Positions 1 through 7,244 of a stretch of DNA of 13,487 nt are shown here, piece by piece. The notes beneath the pieces were generated by a model. The model searched no databases, had not been told where the DNA came from, and worked only from the letters and a program-made list of their open reading frames with translations. This DNA comes from Thermoplasmatales archaeon SW_10_69_26 (lineage in GTDB: Archaea > Thermoplasmatota > SW-10-69-26). Location: positions 46,941-60,427 of the forward strand of contig PXUB01000007.1 in assembly GCA_003009755.1 (NCBI GenBank). Direction: 5' to 3'. Position 1 is the first letter of the stretch. Each line of letters starts with the position of its first letter. The translations under genes were made by a program, and so were the position numbers.

Positions 1-6
1 ACCTCG

Positions 7-170
7 AAATGCCCTCCGGGCATTCCTTCGTCTCGGCTCCGCGCTTTCACCGCCTGAGGCCGAGCGAGAGCTTAACCCAAGCACAGCCGGCAGTCTAGGC
101 GTTTCATGTCTCGTCCTCCCAACAGCACCCTGGGAAGGCCGAGTCGACGGATAGGCCTTTCCCCGGGGGG
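7..170. other. Cluster of stem-loops (possible terminator or part of a structured RNA)
   Basis: Hairpins GAAATGCCC-tcc-GGGCATTCC (7-27), CTCGGCTC...GAGGCCGAG (32-64) and CCCTGGGAAGGCC...GGCCTTTCCCCGGGG (about 128-168). No convincing CDS here. Confidence 0.35.
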
Positions 171-171
171 C

Positions 172-270
172 TCAGCGTTCCTCCTCGTGCCACCACTCGT
201 CGACGAGGCCGCCCAGCGCCCCCAACAGGACACCGGCCCAGAACCACTCGTCGTCCGTGTCATCGCTCAC
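172..270 (-). CDS. 32-aa acidic microprotein with a glycine-rich hydrophobic core (MSDDTDDEWFWAGVLLGALGGLVDEWWHEEER)
   Basis: Translated by hand from GTG at 270 to TGA at 172. GC3-rich host-like codons, acidic termini, TTTCATGA TATA-like element about 25-30 nt upstream, and a hairpin directly downstream. Below the ORF-track length cutoff. Confidence 0.65.
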   Translation of the reverse strand: MSDDTDDEWFWAGVLLGALGGLVDEWWHEEER

Positions 271-360
271 GGATCCCTAGCCCTCGACCCGCCTCATGAA
301 ACGGTCCGCGAACGGTTGCGGGTGGCCTCGATCGGTGCGTTACCGACGGGCTGGGGAGAA

Positions 361-372
361 GAACGGTTTTCT
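361..372 (+). promoter_or_regulatory. Putative BRE/TATA promoter of the 396 lipoprotein gene
   Basis: GAACGGTTTTCT lies about 25-35 nt upstream of ATG 396, the spacing expected for a leaderless archaeal transcript. Confidence 0.4.
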
Positions 373-395
373 ACGAGCAACCCGACTCCCGTGCC

Positions 396-1415
396 ATGTT
401 GCGACGGGCAGGCGTGGTGTTGCTGGCGTTCGCCTTGGTCACGGCCGGCTGCGTCGGGACGCAGGCTCCCGAGGACGATAGCGAGGCCAGCGAGGAGGAA
501 CTGACCGCACAGAACGCCTCCCCGACGGCCCCACCAGCCGAGGGCGAGCGCGGGCTCGACGAACCGCCGACGCTTCGCCAGGGTGAATGGTGGACCGTCG
601 AGCTGCGAAGCGACGCCTTCAACGTGGAATCCGAGGCCACGATCGTCAACGCCGGCATGAAGGACGGCCGCTACATGATCGGCATGCCCGCCGACGACTA
701 CGCCGTGGAAGCCCTCATCCTGCACCTGCCGAGCATCGGTCCCGTCCAGCCGGACACGCTCGGCTACGAGAGCCACGACGTGCCCTTCGCGCCGGCCTCG
801 TTCCCGCTGCAAGAGGGCGAGACCTGGTCCACGGAGTGGTACACGGGCGAGCTCGAGGGCGAGGTCACCCAGGCCAACCCTGCGGAGGGGACGGCCGAGG
901 CCGAGCTCACCGGGGCCGAGAACGTCAACGTCACCTACGAGGCCGGGCTCGGCATCCCCACGTCGGTCGAGATCGACGGCTACGGCTCCTACGAGGTGAC
1001 CGACCACGGCTACGGCTTCGAGGGCGACGTCAAGGTGCCCTGGGAGCACGACATCGTGTTCCTCAACGGGCGCGTGGGCCCAGCCGCCGACACGAGCCTG
1101 CAGCCGGCGCCGCCCGTCGAGCAGATCCCCGTCGAGGGTGACTACGACGAGGCCGCGATCGCGCTGTTGATGGGCAACCTCGTCGTCGAGGGCCCGCCGG
1201 GCGTCTATCGCGTGTCCGCGGATGCGCCAAATGGCAACACCTACGAGGACACGTTCGTCGCGGAACCGACCGGCCCCCAGCTCAAGATCGTGCCCAGCGC
1301 CGTGCCCGACCCGGTCGGGACCTGGGACGCCGAGTACGAGGCCGGCGGGGCCGGCGTCGCCGCGATCGAGGGCATGGCCTACGAGGTCATCGAGCGCTCG
1401 CTCGGCGATGGATAG
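396..1415 (+). CDS. Acidic lipoprotein of unknown function (339 aa)
   Basis: Basic N-terminus, hydrophobic stretch and lipobox TAGC, then an acidic linker and a beta-rich body. Strong GC3 codon bias. Confidence 0.85.
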   Translation: MLRRAGVVLLAFALVTAGCVGTQAPEDDSEASEEELTAQNASPTAPPAEGERGLDEPPTLRQGEWWTVELRSDAFNVESEATIVNAGMKDGRYMIGMPADDYAVEALILHLPSIGPVQPDTLGYESHDVPFAPASFPLQEGETWSTEWYTGELEGEVTQANPAEGTAEAELTGAENVNVTYEAGLGIPTSVEIDGYGSYEVTDHGYGFEGDVKVPWEHDIVFLNGRVGPAADTSLQPAPPVEQIPVEGDYDEAAIALLMGNLVVEGPPGVYRVSADAPNGNTYEDTFVAEPTGPQLKIVPSAVPDPVGTWDAEYEAGGAGVAAIEGMAYEVIERSLGDG

Positions 1416-1456
1416 GCCCGCGAGGGCCGCCGGAGGGATCGCCTTCGAAGATCGCT

Positions 1457-1470
1457 GAAGACCCCTTATC
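1457..1470 (+). promoter_or_regulatory. Putative BRE/TATA promoter
   Basis: GAAGACCCCTTATC, with TTAT about 32-35 nt upstream of ATG 1501. Confidence 0.5.
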
Positions 1471-1500
1471 TGCCCGGCGGCCGCATGGTTGGGATAGACC

Positions 1501-2604
1501 ATGAGCCCGAACCTGCGACACCGGAGTTGGAGCCTGATCGCGAGCCTGCTGCTCGTCACGGCCGGCCTGGCCGGCTGCGTGCAGGAGGCCGAAGCCTCGA
1601 CCGGCGAAGTCTACGTCAAGGACGACGTCACCGACGAAGCCGAGGCCGTCCACGTCGAGTTCACGAAGGCCGAGATCCTGCCGGCCGACAGCAACGAGTG
1701 GGTGACGGTGTACGAGGGCGACAAGGAGATCGAGCTGTTGTCGCTGTCGGACGCCGACGCCCGCGAACAGCTGGCGGACTTCGAGATCGAGCCCGGCGAG
1801 TACGACCGCCTGCGTATCCACGTCGCCAACGTGACCGTCGACCACGAGAACGGCACCTCGGAGGAGCTCGTCGTCCACGGCAACATGGTGACCGTGGCCG
1901 AAGACATCAGCTACGAGCCCGGCGAGGACGTCAGCGTGCTGCTGGACTTCGACCTCGACGAATCAATCAACACGACCCGCGGCGAGTACACGCCCGTCGT
2001 GGGCGACCTGCAGCGCTCGGACGTCGATCAGGACGAGGACGGCGAGGCCGACCTCGACGACACCGACGACGACGGTGACGACACGCCCGACCACGTCGAC
2101 GACGACCGCGACGGCGACGGCCAACCCGATCTCCCCGCTCAGGCTCAAAGCTACGACAAGCGCGGCCTGAAGGGCGTCTGCACCGCCTGGGAGAACAACG
2201 ACCAGGGCCGCGAGAACGGCACCGTGGAGGAGAACGCGACGGCCTTCCAGTGGTTGCAGAACCGCTCGGCCGAGGCCGGCCAGAGCGTGGACGTCTACTG
2301 CGAGGAGACCACCTCCCAGGGCGCCCCCGACGAGATCGGGATCACGAAGGACGAGCTCCCCGAGCGCGCCCAGCAGGCCCTCGGCGACCGCCACCTGGGC
2401 CCGCCGGAGGACCGTCGCGGCCACGGTGACGATCGCTCGCAGGACCGCGGCGACGGCGACCGCGAGGCCGACCGCGGCGGCGACCGCGACCGGCGCGATG
2501 GCAACCAGACCCGCAGCGACGAGCAGGAGGACCGACAGCAGAGCGAGGACGAGCAGCGAAGCGACGAGCAGGAGACCAACCGCAGCGCCGAGCAGCAACC
2601 CTAG
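1501..2604 (+). CDS. DUF4382-like lipoprotein with DxDxD Ca-binding-type repeats, a two-Cys domain and a charged disordered tail (367 aa)
   Basis: Lipobox LAGC. DUF4382-like motifs (VYVKD, IELLSL, GEYDRLRI, VLLDFDLDESI). DVDQDEDGEADLDDTDDDGDDTPDHVDDDRDGDG segment. Eight N-x-S/T sequons. Confidence 0.8.
   Translation: MSPNLRHRSWSLIASLLLVTAGLAGCVQEAEASTGEVYVKDDVTDEAEAVHVEFTKAEILPADSNEWVTVYEGDKEIELLSLSDADAREQLADFEIEPGEYDRLRIHVANVTVDHENGTSEELVVHGNMVTVAEDISYEPGEDVSVLLDFDLDESINTTRGEYTPVVGDLQRSDVDQDEDGEADLDDTDDDGDDTPDHVDDDRDGDGQPDLPAQAQSYDKRGLKGVCTAWENNDQGRENGTVEENATAFQWLQNRSAEAGQSVDVYCEETTSQGAPDEIGITKDELPERAQQALGDRHLGPPEDRRGHGDDRSQDRGDGDREADRGGDRDRRDGNQTRSDEQEDRQQSEDEQRSDEQETNRSAEQQP
2515..2574 (+). 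repeat. 15-bp direct repeat AGCGACGAGCAGGAG (coding SDEQE twice)
   Basis: Copies at 2515-2529 and 2560-2574 in the low-complexity tail of the lipoprotein gene. Confidence 0.6.
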
Positions 2605-2729
2605 GCCGGATCGGTGAGCCCCGAGCAGGCCCGCCGGCGAGATCGTCGGCGGGCCCTCCCCCACCGCCCACGAAGCACAAGACCCACACGCCGCGACCGC
2701 ATCCCCCCGCCGACGCTCCCCTCACGATC

Positions 2730-3791
2730 ATGCCCTCCCCCACCCGACCTTCGCCCGCCCTCGCCCTCGTCCTGGCCCTCACCGTGGCCTTCGCACCAGC
2801 CCTGGTGCCCAGCTTGGCCACGTCCGCGCTGGCTCAGGAATCGGGCCCCGCCAACGGCGGCCCCGACAACGGCAGCCAGCGCGACGCCAACCGTTCCCAG
2901 GACCCCAACGGCAGCGACGACGGCGACCGCTCGGCCTCCGAGAGGCGCGGGACCGACGACGGCCAAGGCCACCGGTCCGACCGGGGCGCCGACGACCGCG
3001 GTCCCGACCAGGCCGGTCCGCCGGTCGAGATCGAGGATCGACGCGGCGGCTTCGCCACGCGCGCCGAGCCCGGTTCGCCCCGCCCCGAGGTGGCCGTCGA
3101 CGCCGCCAACGCTTCCGCCAGCGTCCAACGCGGGGACGTCCGCCCGCTCGACGTGCACCTCGACGAGGTGCTGGCCTTCGAGGACGGCGACGGCGACGGT
3201 GCCTACGACATCGGCGAGCGCGTGCTCGACCGGCAGTCCCTCCCCGAGGCGCCCGCCGAGATCCTCGTCACGGCGAACGAGACGCGCACGGCCGTCTACG
3301 AGCTCGGCGAGGAAGCGAGCCTCGAGCTCGTGTTCGACGTCTCCGCCGCCCACGGCGACGAGGTCGGCGCCAAGTTCGACGTCGAGGTTCACAACTACAC
3401 CTTCGCCGACGGCGAGGACGTCCACACCGCGCTCGGCAGCCGCATCCAGGTCGACGGCGGCCTCGAGCGCGTCGAACGCCAGGGACGCCCGGCCGTCGTC
3501 GGCGAGGCCGGCGACGACGTGGCCTACCTGTCCTGGGTTCAGAACGCGACCGTGGACGGTACCGACCACCGCGTCGGCTCCAGCGTCCTCGTCGACGCCG
3601 AGGAGCGCGACTCGGCCGTCGTCTACTGGGCCTACCCGCAAGGCGAGGAGATCGTGCACGATCCCGAGCTGGGCGTGAGGGACGCGGTCCGCGAGTTGGC
3701 CGGCAACCCGGGGTCCTTCGCCTTCGGCCTCGCGGTGACCACCACGATCCTGTTCGGCGGGTACGCGGTGCGGGCGAGGTGGAACCGGTGA
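2730..3791 (+). CDS. Secreted, C-terminally membrane-anchored glycoprotein (353 aa)
   Basis: Signal peptide ending ALA-Q, disordered D/R-rich linker, DGDGDG motif, KFDVEVHNYTF and YPQGEEIVHDP motifs, C-terminal TM helix with a basic tail. Seven sequons. Confidence 0.85.
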   Translation: MPSPTRPSPALALVLALTVAFAPALVPSLATSALAQESGPANGGPDNGSQRDANRSQDPNGSDDGDRSASERRGTDDGQGHRSDRGADDRGPDQAGPPVEIEDRRGGFATRAEPGSPRPEVAVDAANASASVQRGDVRPLDVHLDEVLAFEDGDGDGAYDIGERVLDRQSLPEAPAEILVTANETRTAVYELGEEASLELVFDVSAAHGDEVGAKFDVEVHNYTFADGEDVHTALGSRIQVDGGLERVERQGRPAVVGEAGDDVAYLSWVQNATVDGTDHRVGSSVLVDAEERDSAVVYWAYPQGEEIVHDPELGVRDAVRELAGNPGSFAFGLAVTTTILFGGYAVRARWNR

Positions 3792-4051
3792 GCCTCGTGC
3801 TCAACCTCGCCGTCGCCGCCTTCGCGTTGACCGCGATCGCCATGACCGGGCTCGCCGGGGTCGGCTGGCGCCGCTCCGGCCAGGCCCGCATGGGTGGCCT
3901 GACCGCCGGGTTCGGGCTCTTCGCCGTCGCGGGCTTGGTCACCGCGTGGTGGCTGTTCGCCCGCGAGGATCTGGAAACGCTGTTGACCGTGCACACCGCC
4001 GTCACCGCCGCCGGCCTGCTGACGATCTACCTGGCCGCCGTGAAACGTTGA
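3788..4051 (+). CDS. Small 3-TM membrane protein (87 aa), of the type often found beside archaeal wHTH regulators
   Basis: GTG 3788 overlaps the upstream TGA (GTGA coupling). Three hydrophobic helices with a WRRSGQARMxxLxxGF pattern after TM1. Confidence 0.8.
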   Translation: MSLVLNLAVAAFALTAIAMTGLAGVGWRRSGQARMGGLTAGFGLFAVAGLVTAWWLFAREDLETLLTVHTAVTAAGLLTIYLAAVKR

Positions 4052-4184
4052 CCTCTCGCCGGCCGGAGACCACCGAGGAGAGATCCAAGCGTGGAACCGA
4101 AGCGGTCAAGCGGGAGAGCGCCGTCGCTGGCCTCGCGATCCCGGCCGCAGGCGCCCGCTTGAGGCCAACGCGCCGTGAACCGCC

Positions 4185-4823
4185 ATGTCCACCGCCGATG
4201 CATCGACGACGGTCCGCTCCTCTCGCCCGTCGGCCGCAGCCGAGGGCCCGCGCCTCATCGAGCTCGCGATCCTGGCGATGGCTGCCGGCGACGATGCCAC
4301 GACGCGTCGCCGCGTGTACGAGTGCGTCAACGAGCACCCCGGGCTGCACCAGCGGGAGATCGCCCGCCAGCTCGACCTCGACGCCAGCCACGCCGAGTAC
4401 CACCTCTACCACCTGGCGAAGGCCGGCATCCTGCGCACCGAGGAAACCGACGGCTACAAGCGCTACTTCGTCGCGCTGGACCCCAACGAGGCGGTGCCCG
4501 AGGGCGCCGTCCAGCCCGAGGATCGCCCGTGGCTGGGCCTGTTCCGTCAAAAGCGCCCGCTGGAGATCGTGGCCCACCTGTTGCAGGAGGGCCCCAGCCA
4601 GATGGGCCCGATCGCCGACAGCATGGACATCGCGAAGAGCACGTTGAGCTACCACGTCGACAAGCTCGAAGACGAGGACGTCGTCGAGCGCGTGCGGGAC
4701 GGCAACCAGCGCTACCTGCAGCTCACCGATCGCGAGCGCACGATCCGCCTGCTCGTCCAGCACGAGCCGCCCGACGATCTCGTCGCCGGGTTCCAGGACC
4801 TGTGGGAGGACGTCGGGTTCTGA
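4185..4823 (+). CDS. Double winged helix-turn-helix (ArsR-like) transcriptional regulator
   Basis: Two wHTH units: RRRVYECVNEHPGLHQREIARQL...EYHLYHL...YKRYF and EIVAHLL...IADSMDIAKSTLSYHVDKL...V. The start may instead be ATG 4278. Confidence 0.9.
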   Translation: MSTADASTTVRSSRPSAAAEGPRLIELAILAMAAGDDATTRRRVYECVNEHPGLHQREIARQLDLDASHAEYHLYHLAKAGILRTEETDGYKRYFVALDPNEAVPEGAVQPEDRPWLGLFRQKRPLEIVAHLLQEGPSQMGPIADSMDIAKSTLSYHVDKLEDEDVVERVRDGNQRYLQLTDRERTIRLLVQHEPPDDLVAGFQDLWEDVGF

Positions 4824-4836
4824 CGGGCGAGAGGGA

Positions 4837-5001
4837 TCAGGCGTCGTCGGCCTCGTTCTCGTCGTCCTCTCGGTGCTCCCGCAGGATGCGCTTGGCCCTC
4901 CGCCGCATCTCTGGATCAGCCGTCGTGGTGAGACGGCCGGGTCGGAGGAAGCCCTCGGGGAGCTTCCGGCGGCCCTCGTCGTCCGACTCCGTCATCGCCA
5001 T
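4837..5001 (-). CDS. 54-aa charged small protein (MAMTESDDEGRRKLPEGFLRPGRLTTTADPEMRRRAKRILREHREDDENEADDA)
   Basis: Translated by hand. GGGAGG Shine-Dalgarno about 10 nt upstream, directly after the stop of the 5022-5555 gene. Acidic termini. Alternative start ATG 4995. Confidence 0.6.
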   Translation of the reverse strand: MAMTESDDEGRRKLPEGFLRPGRLTTTADPEMRRRAKRILREHREDDENEADDA

Positions 5002-5021
5002 CACTATTGCCCTCCCTGGAC

Positions 5022-5555
5022 CTATAAGGTTGTCGCCGCGACGAGGAAGAAGCCGAGCCCGGCGACCAGAACGAGCAACGAGGCCCGGAACCGTCGAGCT
5101 GTGCGTTCCAGCAGTTCTTCCTCTCTGGCGGCCGAGATTCGGTACGTCCGGACCAGCTCCGCCTTGAGCTCGTCCCCGGTGACGTCGAAATCGAGAGCTC
5201 CCGCGAGCGTTTCGGCGTCGACGCCCCCGGCCGTCCCCCGTTTCAGGTAGGCCGAAACCCCGATCACGGTCGAGGCGACCATCGAGGCGAAGCCTGCGAT
5301 CATGGGGAGACGGACGAGCGGCGACCCTCCCAACGACTCAGCCTCTTGGAAGAGAGAAACGATCGGTACGAACAGCCCCAGCATCAGGACGTTGAACCGG
5401 ACGATGCCCTGGATCCGGTCGTCCATCTCCGAGATCGCCTCGGAGAGAGCATCGACCCTGTGCTTCGCCTCTTCGTAGAGGAGCTGCACCGCATCCTCTG
5501 TCGGTCGGTGTCCTCCTTGACCCACGTCGTCTCTTGTCGCCGCTGTTCCCTTCAT
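5022..5555 (-). CDS. 3-TM membrane protein (about 177 aa) with helix-TM-TM-loop-helix-TM layout
   Basis: Start moved to ATG 5555 (or GTG 5525), because the upstream ORF-track extension overlaps DinB and is junk-like. Three hydrophobic segments, preceded by LYEEAKHRVDALSEAISEMDDR. Confidence 0.75.
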   Translation of the reverse strand: MKGTAATRDDVGQGGHRPTEDAVQLLYEEAKHRVDALSEAISEMDDRIQGIVRFNVLMLGLFVPIVSLFQEAESLGGSPLVRLPMIAGFASMVASTVIGVSAYLKRGTAGGVDAETLAGALDFDVTGDELKAELVRTYRISAAREEELLERTARRFRASLLVLVAGLGFFLVAATTL

Positions 5556-5617
5556 CTTTCTCCGGGGACGACGCTGACCTCGGCGGCTGTACGCGGCCAA
5601 CCCGCCCTCTGACCTGG

Positions 5618-6140
5618 TCAGGGGTGGGCCGCCGGCTCGGCCTCGTCGGTCGTCAGCTCTGTCCCGTACCGGGGCCAGTCGACCGGCGGGGGTTCCACGC
5701 TCTGCGACCAGAGGATCGAGAGCAGCTCGCCGCGGTGCCACTGTTCGTGGGTGAAGATCGTGAACAGCGCCTCCTCGGGCGTGAGGGCCTCGCGTTCGAA
5801 GCCCTCGATCTCGACATCGAGGTGGCGAAGCCGCTGCATCTCCTCAGGATCGAGGTCGTCGACGACCTCGTGCGTGTAGGCGCGGACCGCCTGGAGGTGG
5901 TCGATCACGGGCTCGGTCCAGCGGTCCTTCGAGGGGCGATCCCACGCGAAGCTCTCCCCGGCGATCAACCGCGCCCAGCTCTTCTCGACGTTGCCGACGT
6001 GCGTCGGCGGCCAGCGGGGTGTAGAACGAGCACTTGTAGTCGCGCGTCAACAGCTCTGGGTCCATCGAGCGCAGCTCGGGGAACCACCGATCGTTGAGCT
6101 GATCCGAGAAGACCAACAGCCGCTTGGCCGAGAGGGACAG
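5618..6140 (-). pseudogene. DinB/YfiT-superfamily protein, frameshifted at about 6005 and lacking a canonical start
   Basis: The N-terminal frame (LSLSAKRLLVFSDQLNDRW...SFYTPLAA) joins the C-terminal frame (THVGNVEKSW...HEQWHRGEL...PPPVDW) across a stray base at 6005. The His triad typical of DinB is present. Reconstructed length is about 174 aa. The likely start position is CTG 6140. Confidence 0.75.
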
Positions 6141-6204
6141 GGCTCGGGAGGCGCGCTGGCGAGCATCGAGCTTCGCCCCCGAACCGACGGCGGCCGCCGG
6201 GCGC

Positions 6205-7116
6205 TCAGCGCCGGGCTCGGACGATCGCGACGTGGGGCGCCCCGACCCGGCTGTCGGCGTCGACGAGGCCCGCGCCGGCGAGCGCGTCGGTCAACCGCTC
6301 GTGGAGGTCGGCGGCCAGCTCGGCCTCGCCGGCCTCCCGCTTGCGCACGGTCGCCGCCAGCACCGCCGCCAGCCAGCTGGCCGTCAACCGGTCGCTCTCG
6401 CGGGCCGGAGGCAGCTGCACGGGCGAGCCCACGACGCCCTCGGCCAGAAGCTCGCCCAGGTCGGCGACCCCAGCGGCGGCCAGCGTCTCCCGGTAGCCGG
6501 ATCGTCGTCGCCAGGCGGTGACGTCGGGGAACCGGACCGTCCGGCGGGGGCGCTTGGCGGGTGGCCACTCGCCCCAGGGGCGGGTGACCTCGGCCGAGGC
6601 GAAGGAAAGCTGCCAGGCCTCGGGGTCGGGGCGGTGGAAGACGAGCGAACCGCCGAGCGAGGGCAAGCGGGCGTCGGCCAGGATCCGCCTGGGCGGGGTC
6701 ACGTTGCCGGCCGGCGCGATCGCGGGCCGCCGGTGCAGCAGGTCCCAGTGGTAGACGTTGAAGCGAGCGCGCGCCAGCGGCACGTCGCCCGCCACCGCCG
6801 GCAACGGGCCCGGGCGCCGGCGAGCCTGCAGCAGGCACACGCGGAGGTCGGGCGGGTCCGTGGACGTGTATGTGACGACCAGCAGGTCGGCCAGCTGGCT
6901 GCGTCGCTCGTCCGCAGGCAGCTCGTCGTGGGGCCTGAAGTCGACGAAGGCGCGCTGGCCGCGATGCGTCTCGGCGGCGAGGTCGCCGGCTTCCCCGATC
7001 GCGGGCAGGGCGGCCATCCAGGCCTCGAGCAGCTCGTCCTCGTGGAGGCCGGGCTCCCCGGCGGTGGCTTCGCTGAAGGCGTCGGCGAGGGGCTGACCCG
7101 GCGGTGTCTCGCTCAC
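6205..7116 (-). CDS. Hypothetical protein with a degenerate PD-(D/E)XK restriction-endonuclease-like motif set (303 aa)
   Basis: ETH...AFVDF...SQLADLLVV...RVCLLQAR...FNVYHWDLLHRRP resembles the H...ELxDLL...QAK nuclease-like pattern. Divergent from the 7245 gene. Confidence 0.6.
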   Translation of the reverse strand: MSETPPGQPLADAFSEATAGEPGLHEDELLEAWMAALPAIGEAGDLAAETHRGQRAFVDFRPHDELPADERRSQLADLLVVTYTSTDPPDLRVCLLQARRRPGPLPAVAGDVPLARARFNVYHWDLLHRRPAIAPAGNVTPPRRILADARLPSLGGSLVFHRPDPEAWQLSFASAEVTRPWGEWPPAKRPRRTVRFPDVTAWRRRSGYRETLAAAGVADLGELLAEGVVGSPVQLPPARESDRLTASWLAAVLAATVRKREAGEAELAADLHERLTDALAGAGLVDADSRVGAPHVAIVRARR

Positions 7117-7210
7117 GGTGTGGCGCGCGGATGGGCGAGGGCCCTCATGCTTCCGGCGGCCGATGGATCGGTCGACGACGCTCCCACAGCTCGTTCAAGG
7201 GAGCTCACGC

Positions 7211-7220
7211 GAAGCCCTTT
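7211..7220 (+). promoter_or_regulatory. Putative BRE/TATA promoter of the 7245 gene
   Basis: GAAGCCCTTT lies 25-34 nt upstream of ATG 7245. Confidence 0.4.
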
Positions 7221-7244
7221 GCCGGCCCCCGGCGATCCCCGACC

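Noticed and set aside
20-110. Superficial similarity of minus-strand GCTCGGCCTCAGGCG...GAAGGA to the 5' end of 23S rRNA, or to RNase P/SRP RNA
   Set aside because: Spacing and flanking conserved motifs do not match, so no known RNA family can be supported.
2400-3010. GAC/CGC-rich repeats as an array or DNA-level repeat system
   Set aside because: Explained by low-complexity D/R/G coding in disordered protein linkers. There is no regular repeat-spacer period.
294-3659. Long minus-strand ORFs 294-1559, 1963-2664 and 2601-3659, and Arg/Pro-rich alternative plus frames
   Set aside because: Shadows of well-supported plus-strand genes. Stop codons are rare at this GC content.
5022-5555. Pycsar/CBASS defence system call
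   Set aside because: Only topological resemblance to an effector. No cyclase or nucleotidyltransferase is nearby.
5995-6015. Programmed frameshift in the DinB gene
   Set aside because: No slippery heptamer or homopolymer. A simple 2-nt deletion explains it.
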